This document shows, in pieces, positions 26,251 to 39,340 of a stretch of DNA of 64,000 nt. Numbering within the stretch: the first letter of the stretch is position 1; each line of letters opens with the position of its first letter. A program made the position numbers and the translations under genes. Source of the DNA: Anolis carolinensis (taxonomy: Eukaryota); contig NC_085844.1 in assembly GCF_035594765.1 (NCBI RefSeq), positions 12,539,923-12,603,922 of the forward strand, in the 5' to 3' direction. The notes under the pieces are model-generated. The model did no database searches. It was given only the letters and a program-made list of their open reading frames with translations, and had not been told where the DNA came from.

Positions 26251-26667
26251 GATTTGCTTGTTCCAACAGACTTTTGTGAACTGGCTGTTCATAGGGAAGG
26301 TCATTTAATAATGTGCAACATGGTTCATGTTTGTTGGTTTTATTGATTATACCTTTTACATTGCTTTTAATTTTTGTATATTTTAATAATGTGCCCTTTT
26401 ACATGTATCTTTCTGAATTTTTATAAGCCACTTTGATTCCCAGAGTTAAAGAAATGGTACAGTAAAATAAGCAATAATAATACTTAATTTAAAAATAACT
26501 TTGGTGATTTCTGTGAAACCAATTTGTTTAATTTTGCTTGTCTCCCATATGGGACCCAAAGTTGCTCATGCCACATGTTAAAACAATATAGCTATAAATA
26601 CAAATGTTTTAAAAGGTCCTCTTAAATAAAATATTAATTTAAAATAATAATCAAAACACATTAACAG

Positions 26668-27580
26668 TGTCACGACCCAGGCTGCAGAGCACCAATAACC
26701 ATACACAGAGGCCAGAATCTATCTAATATCTTTATTAAGGAAATATATAAAGTTAATAAAAACAAGTATAGGAAATAGTCCAGAAGTAGACCTTTCAGGA
26801 AAGGTCAAAATTAGTCCAAAAAAGCAATGTCCAATATGAAATATTAAGGTCCAAAGTTGTAATCCAATAACCGAAACACTCACTTGCCAAGCAAGTGAGG
26901 GGAGATGACAAGGTCCTTTAGTCCATGAACTTGAGCAAGGCTAGGAAATAACTTGATTCTTGGCACACAAAGCTTGATTCAAGGCAACAAGGAAACGAGG
27001 AGCAAGAACAAGATCCGTGGTAATTACTTGGCGAGGTCCGGAAAACAAGGCAAGATCCGGGGAGAAAACAAGGCTGAGAACGAAGGCTTGGAACAGGAAC
27101 AAAGGCTTGAAAGCAGGAGTAGCTGTCCACACACGCTGCTCCGGTAGCTGACGAATTGACTCCGCAAGATTCCTTCGGGAGCAAGGAACCTAAATAGGCC
27201 TCGTTTTCCCACCAGAGAACACTTCTCTGGGGAATCAGAAACGAAAGTCAATCTCTGTGTCCAGATGTATGACTCCCTAAAATTTCTCATGGCAGCAGGC
27301 TTAATCATCTGAATGCTTTGCTGCAATTCTCAAGCTCCTGCGATTAGCTTGTTGCACTCCTTTTTGCTGGAGATAATAATTACGGCGCGAAAAAGGGGGA
27401 GAACTCGACTCAGGGCTTGTTTGGCAGATTTCTGGAAGACAAGCCTCCTGCAGGTGCAAAGGCTCAATTTCTGGCTGGGATAGTTCCTTTTCTGGCTGAA
27501 ATGGTGGAAAACCCAAGTTTTCCTCTTCATCATTCACAACAGCACTAGGAACGGGACTACATGGCCCATGAGTCATCACA
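26668..27580 (-). mobile_element. Gypsy (chromovirus) solo LTR, 913 bp
   Basis: TG...CA termini and perfect 5-bp TSD AACAG. Homologous to the PPT-flanked LTR at 49721-51039, which gives the strand. Confidence 0.92.
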
Positions 27581-27716
27581 AACAGCTACATATTGCAATG
27601 TCCCTATTTGATTAAAAACCCAAGGCCTGTTTAAATCTTTTCCAGTGGGAGGGGGGCCAACCATTTCTCTTGGCAGAGAATACAGGCAGTCCCCAAGTTA
27701 CGAACAAGATAAAGTA

Positions 27717-27758
<42 letters not shown>

Positions 27759-27869
27759 TCAGAACCAATTAGGAAATCACATTTATAACCCAGGAACAAA
27801 AATTGTGTTACATAGTATTATGCTCCAATTTGTTTATTCTCATGTGTTCTATTACTGATCAGAGACATT

Positions 27870-28800
27870 AGTTTAGTGCTGAAACAGCTTTCTTGAAATC
27901 AGATGTAAAGGAGAGATGGAATCAGGCATCATCAGTGTCCTGGTGACACCGAACCACAAATTTCCCAACAATTTCATGTAAATATTAAACAACCTGGAGG
28001 ACAGAACTGAACCCTGACAGATCAATAGCCAAGATGTGTAACCGAAGTATTCCAGCATCACCTTCTGAGTACATGCCTTCAAGAACTGAAGCCCCTATAA
28101 AACCTCAGTTCCAGAAAGATGGCCCAAAAGTATACCTTGGACAATGTTATCAAAAGCTGCTTTATTTATTTCTCGTGTCAGAAGCGAACAAAGGGTACAA
28201 GTTGTAATGGATTTGCGAACATAGAGATTTTTTTTAAGAAAAAAGAATTGGCATTAATACTAAATGTCTTTTGCCCAGTATCTAGCCACTTGGAGTGCCT
28301 CTGGTGTTGCTGTTAGGAGGTTCTCCATTGTGCATGTAGCAGGACTCAGAATTCATTGCAGTAGGTACTTTGTGGTTTGCTCTTCTCCATAGTTGCATGT
28401 TGCAGACTCCACTTTGTAGCCCCATTTCTTATGATTGACTCTGCATCTCGTGGTGCCATCAAAAGCTGCTGAGAAGCCCATTAGAGAAGCCCAGCATCAT
28501 TCTTCCATTTTTCAGGTTCCCTACATAGGCCATCCACCAAGGTAACCAAAGCTGTCTCCATCCCATCAGACCTGGAGCCAGATGGAAATGGATCTAGATC
28601 AGTGTTTCTCAAATTGTGCTCCTCTAGATGTTTTGGGCTTCAGCTCCCAGAAATCCCAGCCAGCTTACCAGTTGTTAGGAATTGTGGAAGTTGAAATCCA
28701 AAACATCTGAAGGAGCACAGTTTGAGAAACTCTGATCAAGATAATTAATTTCAACTGGGAACCCCTAGATCTGGGAGACCACAATAAGCTCCAGAATCTT
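27870..28800 (-). mobile_element. Old L2 RT fragments interrupted by a Vingi-like piece and a hAT MITE
   Basis: Remnants of QGSVLS..LFNIYMK and GTETAL..LVD motifs on the minus strand. Confidence 0.55.
28600..28734. mobile_element. Short palindromic hAT MITE
   Basis: TIRs CAGTGTTTCTCAAA / TTTGAGAAACTCTG. TSD ATCTAGAT / ATCAAGAT. Confidence 0.8.
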
Positions 28801-31235
28801 AGCCATAAAGGGAATATTGGAGACTGGCCAACAATTGTCACATACAATGGGGTTCTGGGAGGGCTTTTCAGCAATGCCTTCACTTCGGCCTCTTACTTGC
28901 AGTGAGGCATTCACAACTCTTCTTACTCATTTTCACTGAATGGCAGTCTTTAGCTTGACAAAATGCATCTGGTGCTTTCTGTAAGCCTGTCATTTACCAC
29001 TTAACCTAAGGTGCTGACCAAGTCTTCTCTTTGTCACTTGTCAATCTGATGTGGACGTAAATTTCTGGCATTTTAAAGCTCCGAGCATGCCCTCCATGTT
29101 GTTTCCCAGAAAAATGCTAATTTTGTCCTTCATATTTTTTTGCACACATTATTTCAGCTGTGACTTTCCCCAAAATCAGCTTGGCATGCTTCCAGATAAT
29201 GAGCAGAGCAACAGAGTGTGAGGTTTTGGAGGTTTATTTATCTTTATTCATCTGTTTTTTAAAAGAAGTCATGCTTCAGTTCCAGCCATGGTATTATTCA
29301 GTGTTGTGACAGTCACTGCAATCTGCAGTCATAGAAGATGGGGGAAGGAGTGGCACACTTAAGAGGAATAATTTCACTTTGGACTCCCAGTAAAGTATTT
29401 GACAGAAAGTAAAGTAAAGTATTTGTCCAGATACAGCCACAGGAGATGTGTGTGGTGCTCTTTTTTCCATCTCTCAAGGGATATTTTGCTGTTGTGCAGT
29501 TGGCAGCCTGATAGCACAATCCAGTAGCCTGTAGACTATGAAATGGATTTAAAGATTCAGGATATAACAAAGCACGTAACACTGCTGCATGTGGGGAAAT
29601 AAAGGATACTAAATTAGATTCCATTGTATTTGAAAACACAGAGCTGTTGTGGTGAGAGTTGGATTCTTTACTTTTATTTCTGATAGTTTCCAACTTTTTT
29701 ATCCTCTTGTTGAATGACAAAAAGCATACCTCCCCCTCCCAAGAAGCATCTTGTGGGGATTTAAATTTTCCCCTTTTTGTTACACTAGAATGAATACCAG
29801 AATAACACTCCAGCTCCAGATAATGAATAAAACATCATTCTTCCAACCATGACATTCTAAAAGCACTTCCAAATTATTCGTTGTCTTTATTTTATTTTTG
29901 GCAAAGAATTCATGTCTATCGGAAGCACTAACCTATGCTCTAACAGCATGGAAATGGTGACACAAGACGAAAATATTCAGAATTTATACTGAGTCTTCCC
30001 TCCCATTGTTACACAGATAGGAATGAGAGATGAAGTTAAAAGAAGAGGTGTTTCCAAGCATTTGCCTGTCTTGAGTCCTGGGAAAGCAAAAAGAGAAATG
30101 CATTTTTTTGCAGTGTGAATTATTAAAGGGCTCAATGATGAAGCACATCTTTGGTTCCTTTGGCTTTTAGTCATAATGTTCATATACTACTACCAAGATC
30201 AGAGGCAGTATGTTTTGAATATTAGTTGCTGCTGAACCACAGCAAGAGAAGGCTGATGCCCATCTTGTCTGGAGAGAATCATTCATTAAATGCATCTTTG
30301 AAGCAGATCTGTTCCATTCTTATTCATGTCTGACATCCTGGACAGCCACTATTAGCCAGCCACCTTAAACTGCACCAAACTAGATAGAACAACAGTTTGA
30401 TCAGCAAGAACCAATACGATTGAAAAACAAGAAGTCACACCTATGTCAAATGGAAGGCTTCGGAAGAGTGCTCTGGTCACTATCACTCACAAATTCTTGC
30501 ATTAATACAGGGAAGATTCAAGAAAATGTTTCAATTAATAAGAACCTACTCATAACAGAGATGATGGTACGTATGTACATAACTTGAGGTACGTATGTAC
30601 ATAACTCCCAGATCTTCAATAGCTGTTACCAAAGAATTCAACCGTATGTTTTCTTTACCACTCAGAAGAAAATATGTCGCCAACATTTTTGTTGTTATTA
30701 TTTGCCACATTGGCTTCAATTTATAGCAACACTATGAATGAAAGACATCCATGTCTCCCAGTTATAACAAGATTGTGGCTTCCTTGATTGAATCTATCCA
30801 TCTCGAATACAGTCTTTGTTTTATCCTCCCGTCTTCTGCTTTATGAAGCATTATTGTTTTTGCCATGGCAAGACATGGTTGCAAGGACTGCATCCTTCAG
30901 CTTTGTGAAGTGGATGGGTGGGTAGCTCCCCAGAAGCAGACGGCATAGATGCGAGTCAGTGATAAGCCCTGGTTGACAGGAATGCCGGCTCTTTTGCCTT
31001 TGGAATGAAAGAACAGAAGTGCCACAGCAAGGCCATAAAGGCACTTTTACTTGTTAGTTCCAAAGGCAGAAGTGGGTGGCTGATGGCCGCTTAAAGCTGA
31101 AGGAGCACAAAGAATACATGCCTTACAGTGTACTTGCTGAACAGGACTTTATATTCCCAAGTATTAGTTTAGAATTTTTGGTTAAAAATTACTCCAAAAA
31201 ACTTGGATTAACTTATCCACAGTCCACTGTAAGTA

Positions 31236-31572
31236 CAGTGTTCCCTCACTACTTCGCAGTTCACTTTTTGCGGATTCGCTGTTTCGCGGTTTTTCAATAA
31301 ACTCTAAAAGACTATTATAAATCATAAAAAATTACAATTTAAAGCCTAAGGAAGGGAGGAAGGAGAACATGAAGGGAGAGAAAAGGAGCCCAAGCGGCAA
31401 TGGGAGGAGAAGGAGACGGTTTATCAATACATGATTGGTTGATAAAGATTTAAAATAGTGTACTAAAATAATGTATAAATATTAAAATAAATATAGCGTC
31501 CCTACTTCACGGATTTTCACTTATTGCAGGTGGTCCTGAAACCTAACCCCCACGATAAGTGAGGAAACACTA
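31236..31572. mobile_element. Tc1/pogo (Tigger-like) MITE
   Basis: TIR CAGTGTTCCCTCAC / GTGAGGAAACACTA with TA flanks. Confidence 0.85.
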
Positions 31573-31584
31573 TACTTTACCTTA

Positions 31585-31900
31585 GGTAAAGATAAAGGTT
31601 TTCCCCTGACAGAAAGTCTAGTCTACTTGAGGGGTTGGTGCTCATCTCCATTTCTAAGCTGAAGAGCCGTCATTGTTCATAGGCACCGCCAGGGTCATGT
31701 GGATGGCATGACTGCAAGGAGCGCCGTTACCTTCCCGCCAGAGTGGTACCTATTGATCTACTCACATTTGCATGTTTTTGAACTGCTAGGTTGGCAGAAG
31801 CTGGGGTTAACAGCAGGATCTCATCCCGCTCCGCAGCAGCAAGTTCAGCAGCTCAGCTCAGCAGGTCAGCGGTTTAACCCGCTACACCACTGGGGGCTCC
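31585..31900 (-). mobile_element. Sauria SINE
   Basis: Minus strand starts GGAGCCCCCAGTGG and ends in an ACCTTT-type tail. 11-bp TSD ACTTTACCTTA at 31574-31584 and 31901-31911. Confidence 0.88.
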
Positions 31901-33533
31901 ACTTTACCTTAACTCTTTGTCAAAAAATGTAACCATCTGCATCTCTGAATAGAGTGGAGAAAGCCATGAGCTTAGTTTTACAGAATGAACCAGAGGGGGC
32001 TGCATAGTGTTTTCATTATTTGTATCATTTTAAATGCTTTTAAGTGAGCTTAACTATTTGTTGTTAACAATTCTGTGTTTAATTCTATTTTAATGTTTAT
32101 ATGATTTAGGTTTTAAATTGTAAAATGTATCATTTTTACTGTTGTAAGCCACTTTGAGGTTAGTTAGATATAAAGACATATAACAACAACAATGGTAACA
32201 GCCTATCTTAGGAAAATCTAAAAGAAGCACCAGCTTCCTCTAGTGACTGGCCCCCCACCCACCACTCCTGTGGAATGACCCTCAACGTATCGATGAGTCA
32301 TATCAAAATCCATAATTTTGGCCCCAAAACCTGTCCTTGACTTGCATATGAAGTGGAGTTATACATGAGTATATGTGGTATTTGATGTGGTATCTGACTC
32401 CCACTTCTTTCCCCCACCTCTGGAGAGCCAGCCAGCTCCATTACCTATCCTGGGATTGCTTCTTAGACTGGTTGCACTAGATCTCGGGGTTCTTCTCTTT
32501 GTGCCTCTTTTCTGCATTTCCAGTCTGCAGTTGGCTAAATCAATAATCCAGAGCCTGCGGATATGGTGGGCCCACCATAATTTCAATTTGAAAGCTTAAG
32601 CACCATATGCAGGTTCACCTTGAGATGCTGCACTTATGAAAGAATCTTTGTAAAATAAATAAATGTTCATGCCAACATACCCACATGCATCCTACAGCTT
32701 ATCTTAGGTTTCTCCTAGAGATAGGGGTCTGGAATTCTGTTCTGGTTATGAACCAATGCAATGTAAAAATTAAATGTGATTTCCAAGGGGTGATTACTCT
32801 ATTAATTCATTTTTGTGGGGAGAAAACAACAGAATAATTTCCCAGCTGACATTTCAGAAGTATGAAATATTCAAGTGTGAGTTTTCTATGTACACTGGTG
32901 TCAAAAGCAGATAAAGTGTGTCATTCAGTGACCTTTTTTCTCCATAGTGCCAGAGTATTTAATGAATTGGGGAGAAATTAATTCTCTTTAGCTGTGATGT
33001 CAATTAACTACTGCAGTTTTATGCTACCAGCACAATCACATACTTCCATTTGTTGTTCGTTAATTAAAGTCAGAATGACAAAGGTGTCCATTTTAATTAA
33101 CAGGGTGTTATTGTTACAGTAATTTTAATTTTAAAAGAAATACAGAAAGGTCCTTCTTCTAATTGAGTTTTTACTAAAAGGGTGATATAGGATGAATATT
33201 TCATTTCAGATTTTGTATCTGATGATATCTTTACCCTGTCCTATGCCAAAGGTACTTGAAGTGTCATGCACTGTTGCATATTAAGTTATTTAACAGAGAA
33301 GCAATTTCAATTTAGCGAACACAACCTGTAAGTTTGCATTAGCTTAGAAAATCCTTGACTGTCAATAAATGTGAGTGTAGTCACCTAACTTCAATTCAAC
33401 GTTACCAAACGAAATAGAGAAACCCCATACCATTTTTGCTATATTTAGAGTAAATTCACCTTGTTGATTAAATCAATTAAAGAGGGAACATATTGCACTT
33501 GCAAATTCTTCAACACATAGTAGTAAATTGTTA

Positions 33534-33566
<33 letters not shown>

Positions 33567-33574
33567 TATATATA

Positions 33575-33897
33575 CAGTAGAGTCTCACTTATCCAAGCTA
33601 AACGGGCCGGCAGAAGCTTGAATAAGCTAATATCTTGGATAATAGGGAGGGATTAAGGAAAAGCCTATTAAACATCAAATTAGGTTATGATTTTACAAAT
33701 TAAGCACCAAAACTTCATGTTATACAACAAATTTGACAGAAAAAGTAGTTCAATACACAATAATGTTATGTTGTAATTACTGTATTTACGAATTTAGCAC
33801 CAAAATATCACAATATATTGAAAACATTGACTACTAAAATGGCTTGGATTATCCAGAGGCTTGGATAAGTGAGGCTTGGATTAGTGAGACTCTACTG
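33575..33897. mobile_element. Tc1/pogo-type MITE
   Basis: TIRs CAGTAGAGTCTCACTTATCCAAG / CTTGGATTAGTGAGACTCTACTG with TA flanks. Lies between (CA)n and (TG)n tracts. Confidence 0.88.
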
Positions 33898-33899
33898 TA

Positions 33900-33943
<44 letters not shown>

Positions 33944-34358
33944 ATTTAATTTTGACAGTCAAGAGTGAACTATTTAATCAAGAGAGTACTTGAGAGCTAG
34001 ACTTTTCAGAGTTTAATACTTACTCTCGGAAACCACCCCTATGGCTTTTTTTTTCATAGAAAGCATAATTTTTGTTTCAAAGATAAGATTTTCCATGCAT
34101 GAACGAATTTTCCTGTGCAGAAAATCATGTTTTCTGTGCAAAAAAACCCACAAATATTTCAGTAGGTTTTGCACAGAAAAAAACATCTAAACAGTGAAGA
34201 ATTGCACAGTTTAGAGATTTATATGGCAGGGAATACACATAGTTTGAAAACTCCTTGATGATCACAAATATGGTAGCTGTCCCTGGTGTAATGGTAGAGG
34301 AAAGAAGAAGCTAGATTTGGGGGAAGCCCCCACACCAGATGGTATAGTAAGCATTGTT

Positions 34359-35006
34359 ATTTATTTATTTATTTCGTGTCAAAAGCATTGCATAACAAAT
34401 ACATTTTAAAATGATGAAAAAAAAAAAGGAAATCACAAGCAACTAAATAGTTTTAGACCAAAAACGGGCAACAGCAACCGCATTGTCCGTAGCTTTAAAC
34501 AACTCCTCCTCCATGCATGAGGCAGGACATTGTGGGCAAGCATACATATGCGGAGTTGTTTGTTCTGCTCCACAGTCACACAAGGTGGAGGATTCCTCCA
34601 GGTAGTGCCATCTTGCCAGATTGTCTTTTGATCTGCCCACTCCACTTCTGAGTCTGTTCAGGGACTTCCAAGTTGCCCATTCTTGGTTTGCCCCTGGAGG
34701 AAGACCCTCATGGGGGGCCATCCAGTTAGAATTGCCAGGTTTAGCTGCCCAGAGGGACACCCTTGCTGCTGCTGGAGGAACATCAAGAGGAGTGGTGGTT
34801 CTCATGAAGCCCTTCCTTGATTTGAGTCTGGTGGGAGGAGGCTGATAGTCATGCAGTGGGTGGCTTTCACAGTGTTCAACCTTATTTCTCTCACCGTTAA
34901 CAGCAACTTCCCGCCGCACGTCAGGAGGGGCAATGCTAGCTAACTTGTAGAGTTTATCAACAGGTGTAGGTTTAAGGCATCCCGTGATTATTCTGCATGT
35001 TTCGTT
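34359..35006 (-). mobile_element. 5'-truncated Vingi (Ingi-group) LINE
   Basis: Open frame LNETCRIITGCLKPTP...LNRLRSG...CDCG..QTTPHMYAC (C-terminal CCHC). (TAAA)n tail. 14-bp TSD TAGTAAGCATTGTT. Confidence 0.88.
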
Positions 35007-35496
35007 TAGTAAGCATTGTTGTAAACAATTTTGTGAATTAAAAATTAGAAGACAAAGCACAATAAACCCCAAAATACCAATCAAAATGTCTATCTTCACT
35101 GGCTGACATCCTTGTTCATTAGTCCCAGCTAATGAACTAGACTGAACTCATTCAAACAGTTGTTGAGTAGTGAGTCAATGAGGAGATAAATCTAATAAAT
35201 TTAGTCTGACTGCAGCCATGGCTAAAACAGAATTTCGACCACTATGAATAATTGTAAAGAGCCAAACTGAATAGGAGAAAAGTCATGGACAGAAAGTGCT
35301 TGAGAGGTGAGGTAGGTGTGAGGTCCTCAACACTTCATAAAACATAGTCGGCAGAGTTGTTAAACTTGATTTTTAAGAGAGTAAACTGTGGCTGACATGG
35401 CAGGCTTATATTTTCATTTAATATCAATGAGAGAATTCTGGAACCCCAAAGTGACAACATCTGTGTTCTTGTCTTCTTTATTTTCTTTTTCTGCAG

Positions 35497-35615
35497 GTGG
35501 TATCAAGTGCCCTGTGTGCAACTTTGTGTATGGTACAAAATGGGAATGCAATCGACACCTGAAAAACAAACATGGGCTCAGATTAGTGGAACGTGATGGG
35601 GAAATGAAGTGGGAG
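35497..35615 (+). CDS. ZFAT: ZFAT coding exon (GGIKCPVCNFVYGTKWECNRHLKNKHGLRLVERDGEMKWE)
   Basis: cag|GT...GAG|gtaaa, 119 nt, phase 1 to 0. Confidence 0.95.
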
Positions 35616-36726
35616 GTAAATTCAAACTCTGATTGCTGTCCCTAAAATCCCATGCTTCTCTAAAGTGATGTAATGGGGGAAAGGGTTGAGACTTAAAAGA
35701 ATATAAACTACATAGATGATGGCAAACCATCTAGCAAAAAGTCAAAACTTCCAAATAGTCTTTCGTTGTAATTCTCTTCTATAGATTATCATTCTAGTTA
35801 AGCCTGGGATTCCTCTGGTTGGCCTTAGAAAACTCATTTTGCTTTATTAACATGGTACAAGACTGGGATTCCTGCTGTATTCAGTTTAGTTTCCATGTAT
35901 GAAAATGTGCAAGGGATTTGACCCTAAATTTAGGGAGTTATAAAGTCTGAATGTCGGCGAAGGTTAATGACTTAAAATATAAAAGCACATTAGAAGACTG
36001 AAAGATAAATCAATTAGGAGTCACAAGTGAAGAATACTAATTTGAAAGTTTGAGTTACAGCTCTTGAAGTGTTCAGAATTAAACATGAAATGAGTGTAAT
36101 ATAGTGCTTCATTTCTAGTTTTCTTGTCCTCTAAAGTTTACCTAAAAACTGCATTCACTCTGCTCATATATCTTAAGTAAGATAAAAAAGATCTTACATT
36201 GAAGGGGAACAAAAGAAAGTTCCCCTTCAATGGTGAATCAGTGATGGAGGGAATCCATTCCTACCAAATACTCAAATCCTTTCAATATTAAACTAAGACC
36301 CAAGAGACAAACAGTTTGGATCCCCTCTCAGTCTTCTAAACCCACTGGGTGACCTTGAGCGAGTTACATTCCTTGTGCCTCAGAGGAAAGGAATGGCAAA
36401 TCCCATTGGCACAAATCTTTCCAAGAAAACCCCATCACAGGTTCATGTTGTGGTCACTTTGAGTTGAAAATGGCTCCAAAGCCCACCATAAAAACAAATT
36501 TATAATACAGCATTTCAAATCTGTGCCATTTTGCAGTACTGTATTATTTTGGTTTCAAAGTTCAAAAATACATTCTGTTTGTTACACACTTTTTGTGGTA
36601 TCCGTGCCCTAAACAACTGTGTATATGTACTTTAAAATCAACTGTCTATCTGTCTGTCTGTTGGTATCTTTATGATGTGTCTGCTAATTCCTTTTCCCCT
36701 CCACTGGTCACTGGCCTGTTTTGCAG

Positions 36727-36850
36727 CAAACAACGGAGATTTCTGACGAAGAAACCTCATCATATCTCCAAATTACAGAAGCTGGAGATATGCAAGGAGC
36801 CCAGGCTGCTGTTGCTGCTTTACAGGACTTGCGACATACCTCTGAAAATG
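36727..36850 (+). CDS. ZFAT: ZFAT coding exon (QTTEISDEETSSYLQITEAGDMQGAQAAVAALQDLRHTSEN)
   Basis: cag|CAA...AATG|gtaat, 124 nt, phase 0 to 1. Confidence 0.9.
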
Positions 36851-37144
36851 GTAATGGTGATATTCATAAGGAGAACAAAAAGTACATTGCAAAGCAGTTT
36901 AGAAATATTAAGGGCTCAACGTGAGTCTCATTAACTCTGTTAATAATTAACTTACAACACCTACAGAGAGCGTATACTTCCCTTGTGGCAACTGCTTTGC
37001 TGGCTGTTTTTGGTAACAATTCAAAGTAGTGGTTATGACCTGCGGTATCACAGGTTGGCATCTGCGATATAGATATACTTAAACATACAGAGAGAGAGAA
37101 GAAGAAGATAGTTTTTCTATGGCCACTAGTGATTGTGGTGACTG

Positions 37145-37199
<55 letters not shown>

Positions 37200-37460
37200 T
37201 TTATTTTTATACCCCGCCTCTATCTCCCCAAAGGGGACTCAGGGCGGCTTACATGGGGCCAAGCCCGAATAAAAACAATAGCAATATAAAACACAACAAT
37301 AGACAAAAAACATGCACAATTATAAAAATTTAAACATTAGCCAGTAAAAACAAATGACAAGAGCTAATAAAAACATGGATTAAAATGGAGAGGTTGTAAA
37401 AGTAGACTGGGTAAGGTGCACCATATAAATATTGTAAACACGAGGTGACTGATAAAGTGC
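37145..37460 (-). mobile_element. L2 3'UTR fragment with (TTA)n tail
   Basis: Conserved L2 tail stem-loop next to an (AAT)n tract. Confidence 0.7.
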
Positions 37461-39209
37461 TGCATATCCTTGGAAGTGCAAATTGGGATGGGAATAGACC
37501 CTGTGTCTTTATCAAGTTGACATAGGTAAAAAGTGTGGTGGTATTTATACTTTTTTTATGCTACACTAGTTTTATATCATCTTAGCAAAAGTGGGTGTAG
37601 GAGAGATGAGGCTTCTCATTCCATGTTATAATTGCCAAGTTTGCAGCACTTTGAAAATCTGATACCTGCTCTCAACGACACAGCTTTTTCCTGAGAATCG
37701 CTTCAGGCATTTTAAAGAAGCAGATACAGGTGGTAAACACTGGCAAGTCGCTCGGAAGTACTGTCCAAAAGGAACATGATGAAGAAAAGGGCAGGGCATG
37801 AATGGTCTTTTTGGCAAAGAATTGTATCACCTCTGTAAAAGAAATACATTTTTTTTCATAGTTTTTGAGGTTTGCCTCATTTGGGGGAGTCCAAAAGCCA
37901 GCTCTGTGCTTGTTTTGCCTTTCTGGTCTCCCACTCTTTGTCATCCCTCTAGTGCAAATTTCATACGTACTATCAAGAGGTGCAAGGAAGCTTCTTTCCA
38001 CTGTCATAAATCAGCCTTTTCTTCCTGTAGCAAACTGGAGTTGTCCTAGATATAAATGTGGCTTGGAGGTTCCTGTAGCTATTGATTGCACCAAGATGCA
38101 AAGACTGTAAAATCCAGTACAGCTTAGTGCCGGGTCTAAAAGGCAACAGGTTTGATTTTGTCCTAAAACGTAATGACGGCAGGAAGAAGTGTCTGTTGTT
38201 GATATTTTGTGGCTGTTTGCAGTTGTTGTTTTTTTTCTCCTGCCTTTTCAGTGGCTATTTTTTTCTGTTTTGTTTTCTGGTTAGGGAATCCTTGCCAGTT
38301 AGCAATTATCCACTAAGATGCTTATAGCAATGCTTTGTAGCAAATTTGATTTAGCTGTGCCATTATGTTACCAAAAGTAAATGGAGCAGTGGGTAGGCCA
38401 AATGATCACTGTAACTACTGAGTAGTTTCTCAACTCCTGAACGGTTCTCGCACGATATTGCAAGAGATGCTTCCTAATGATTCTGATTAAGCTTTTAATG
38501 ATGTGAAAATTGCTGGAAGTTTGGGCAGTGCTGCCTTCTAAATAGCAGTTATTCTCAAAATGTAGCTTCTTGAAACTAAAGTGGAGTTTTGTCCAGAAGG
38601 ATTTGCCCATTATAGATGTTATAATTTGTTTCAGTGTTCAATAAGAAATTCAAGCAGTGGCTATTCAAAACAACTGTTCACAGAATAGACTTGCTGCCTG
38701 CCTGATTCTTGCAATTTTACTTCTATTTTTGAAAAAACCCACATTGATTAGCCATCCAATAGTCACTGTGTTAAATAACCTAGCCCTTGCTTAGGAGCTT
38801 ACAATCCAGATGACACCAAGCATCAGACACAAGGCATCTAAGTCTTAAGAGTGTATAGCACAATATGTGTTTTTTTCTTCGGGGTCTCATAAAATAGACT
38901 GTTACTTTTGCACTTTTTTGAAATTCTGTCTTGGTGACCCAGCAGAATAACTCATTCAGGACTGAGGCAGAAGAAGAAGACAGTAACACAAGGGGAAAAG
39001 GCTTGGTTGGATTCAGGAGGCAGAAAGTTTTGATAAAAGATTTGAATTGAGGAGGGGAGCGGAAATGACTTTGGAATAGATTTGATGGAATGCACAAAGG
39101 CAGAAAGATGAGCAAATGAAATGAACTTGAACAGAATGAAAATTTTAACATCAGTATTATCTTAATGCTTATCTTAATGTTGCCATTCCTTGTGCTTCTT
39201 TCTGATAAG

Positions 39210-39340
39210 GGGGGCGATTTGACCCCACTGCTGTTAACATCCTGCAGCAAATCATAGAGTTGGGTTCGGAACCTCATGATGCCACTGCTGTTGCCTCCGT
39301 TGTTGCCATGGCCCCAGGAACCGTTACTGTTGTGAAACAG
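39210..39340 (+). CDS. ZFAT: ZFAT penultimate coding exon (GGRFDPTAVNILQQIIELGSEPHDATAVASVVAMAPGTVTVVKQ)
   Basis: aag|GG...CAG|gtaaa, 131 nt, phase 1 to 0. Recognisable ZFAT peptide DPTAVNILQQIIELG. Confidence 0.93.

Noticed and set aside
34443-35099. 218-aa ORF with a signal-peptide-like N-terminus fused to the Vingi C-terminus
   Set aside because: The hydrophobic N-terminus comes from AT-rich flank beyond the TSD and starts at a non-ATG codon; chance fusion.
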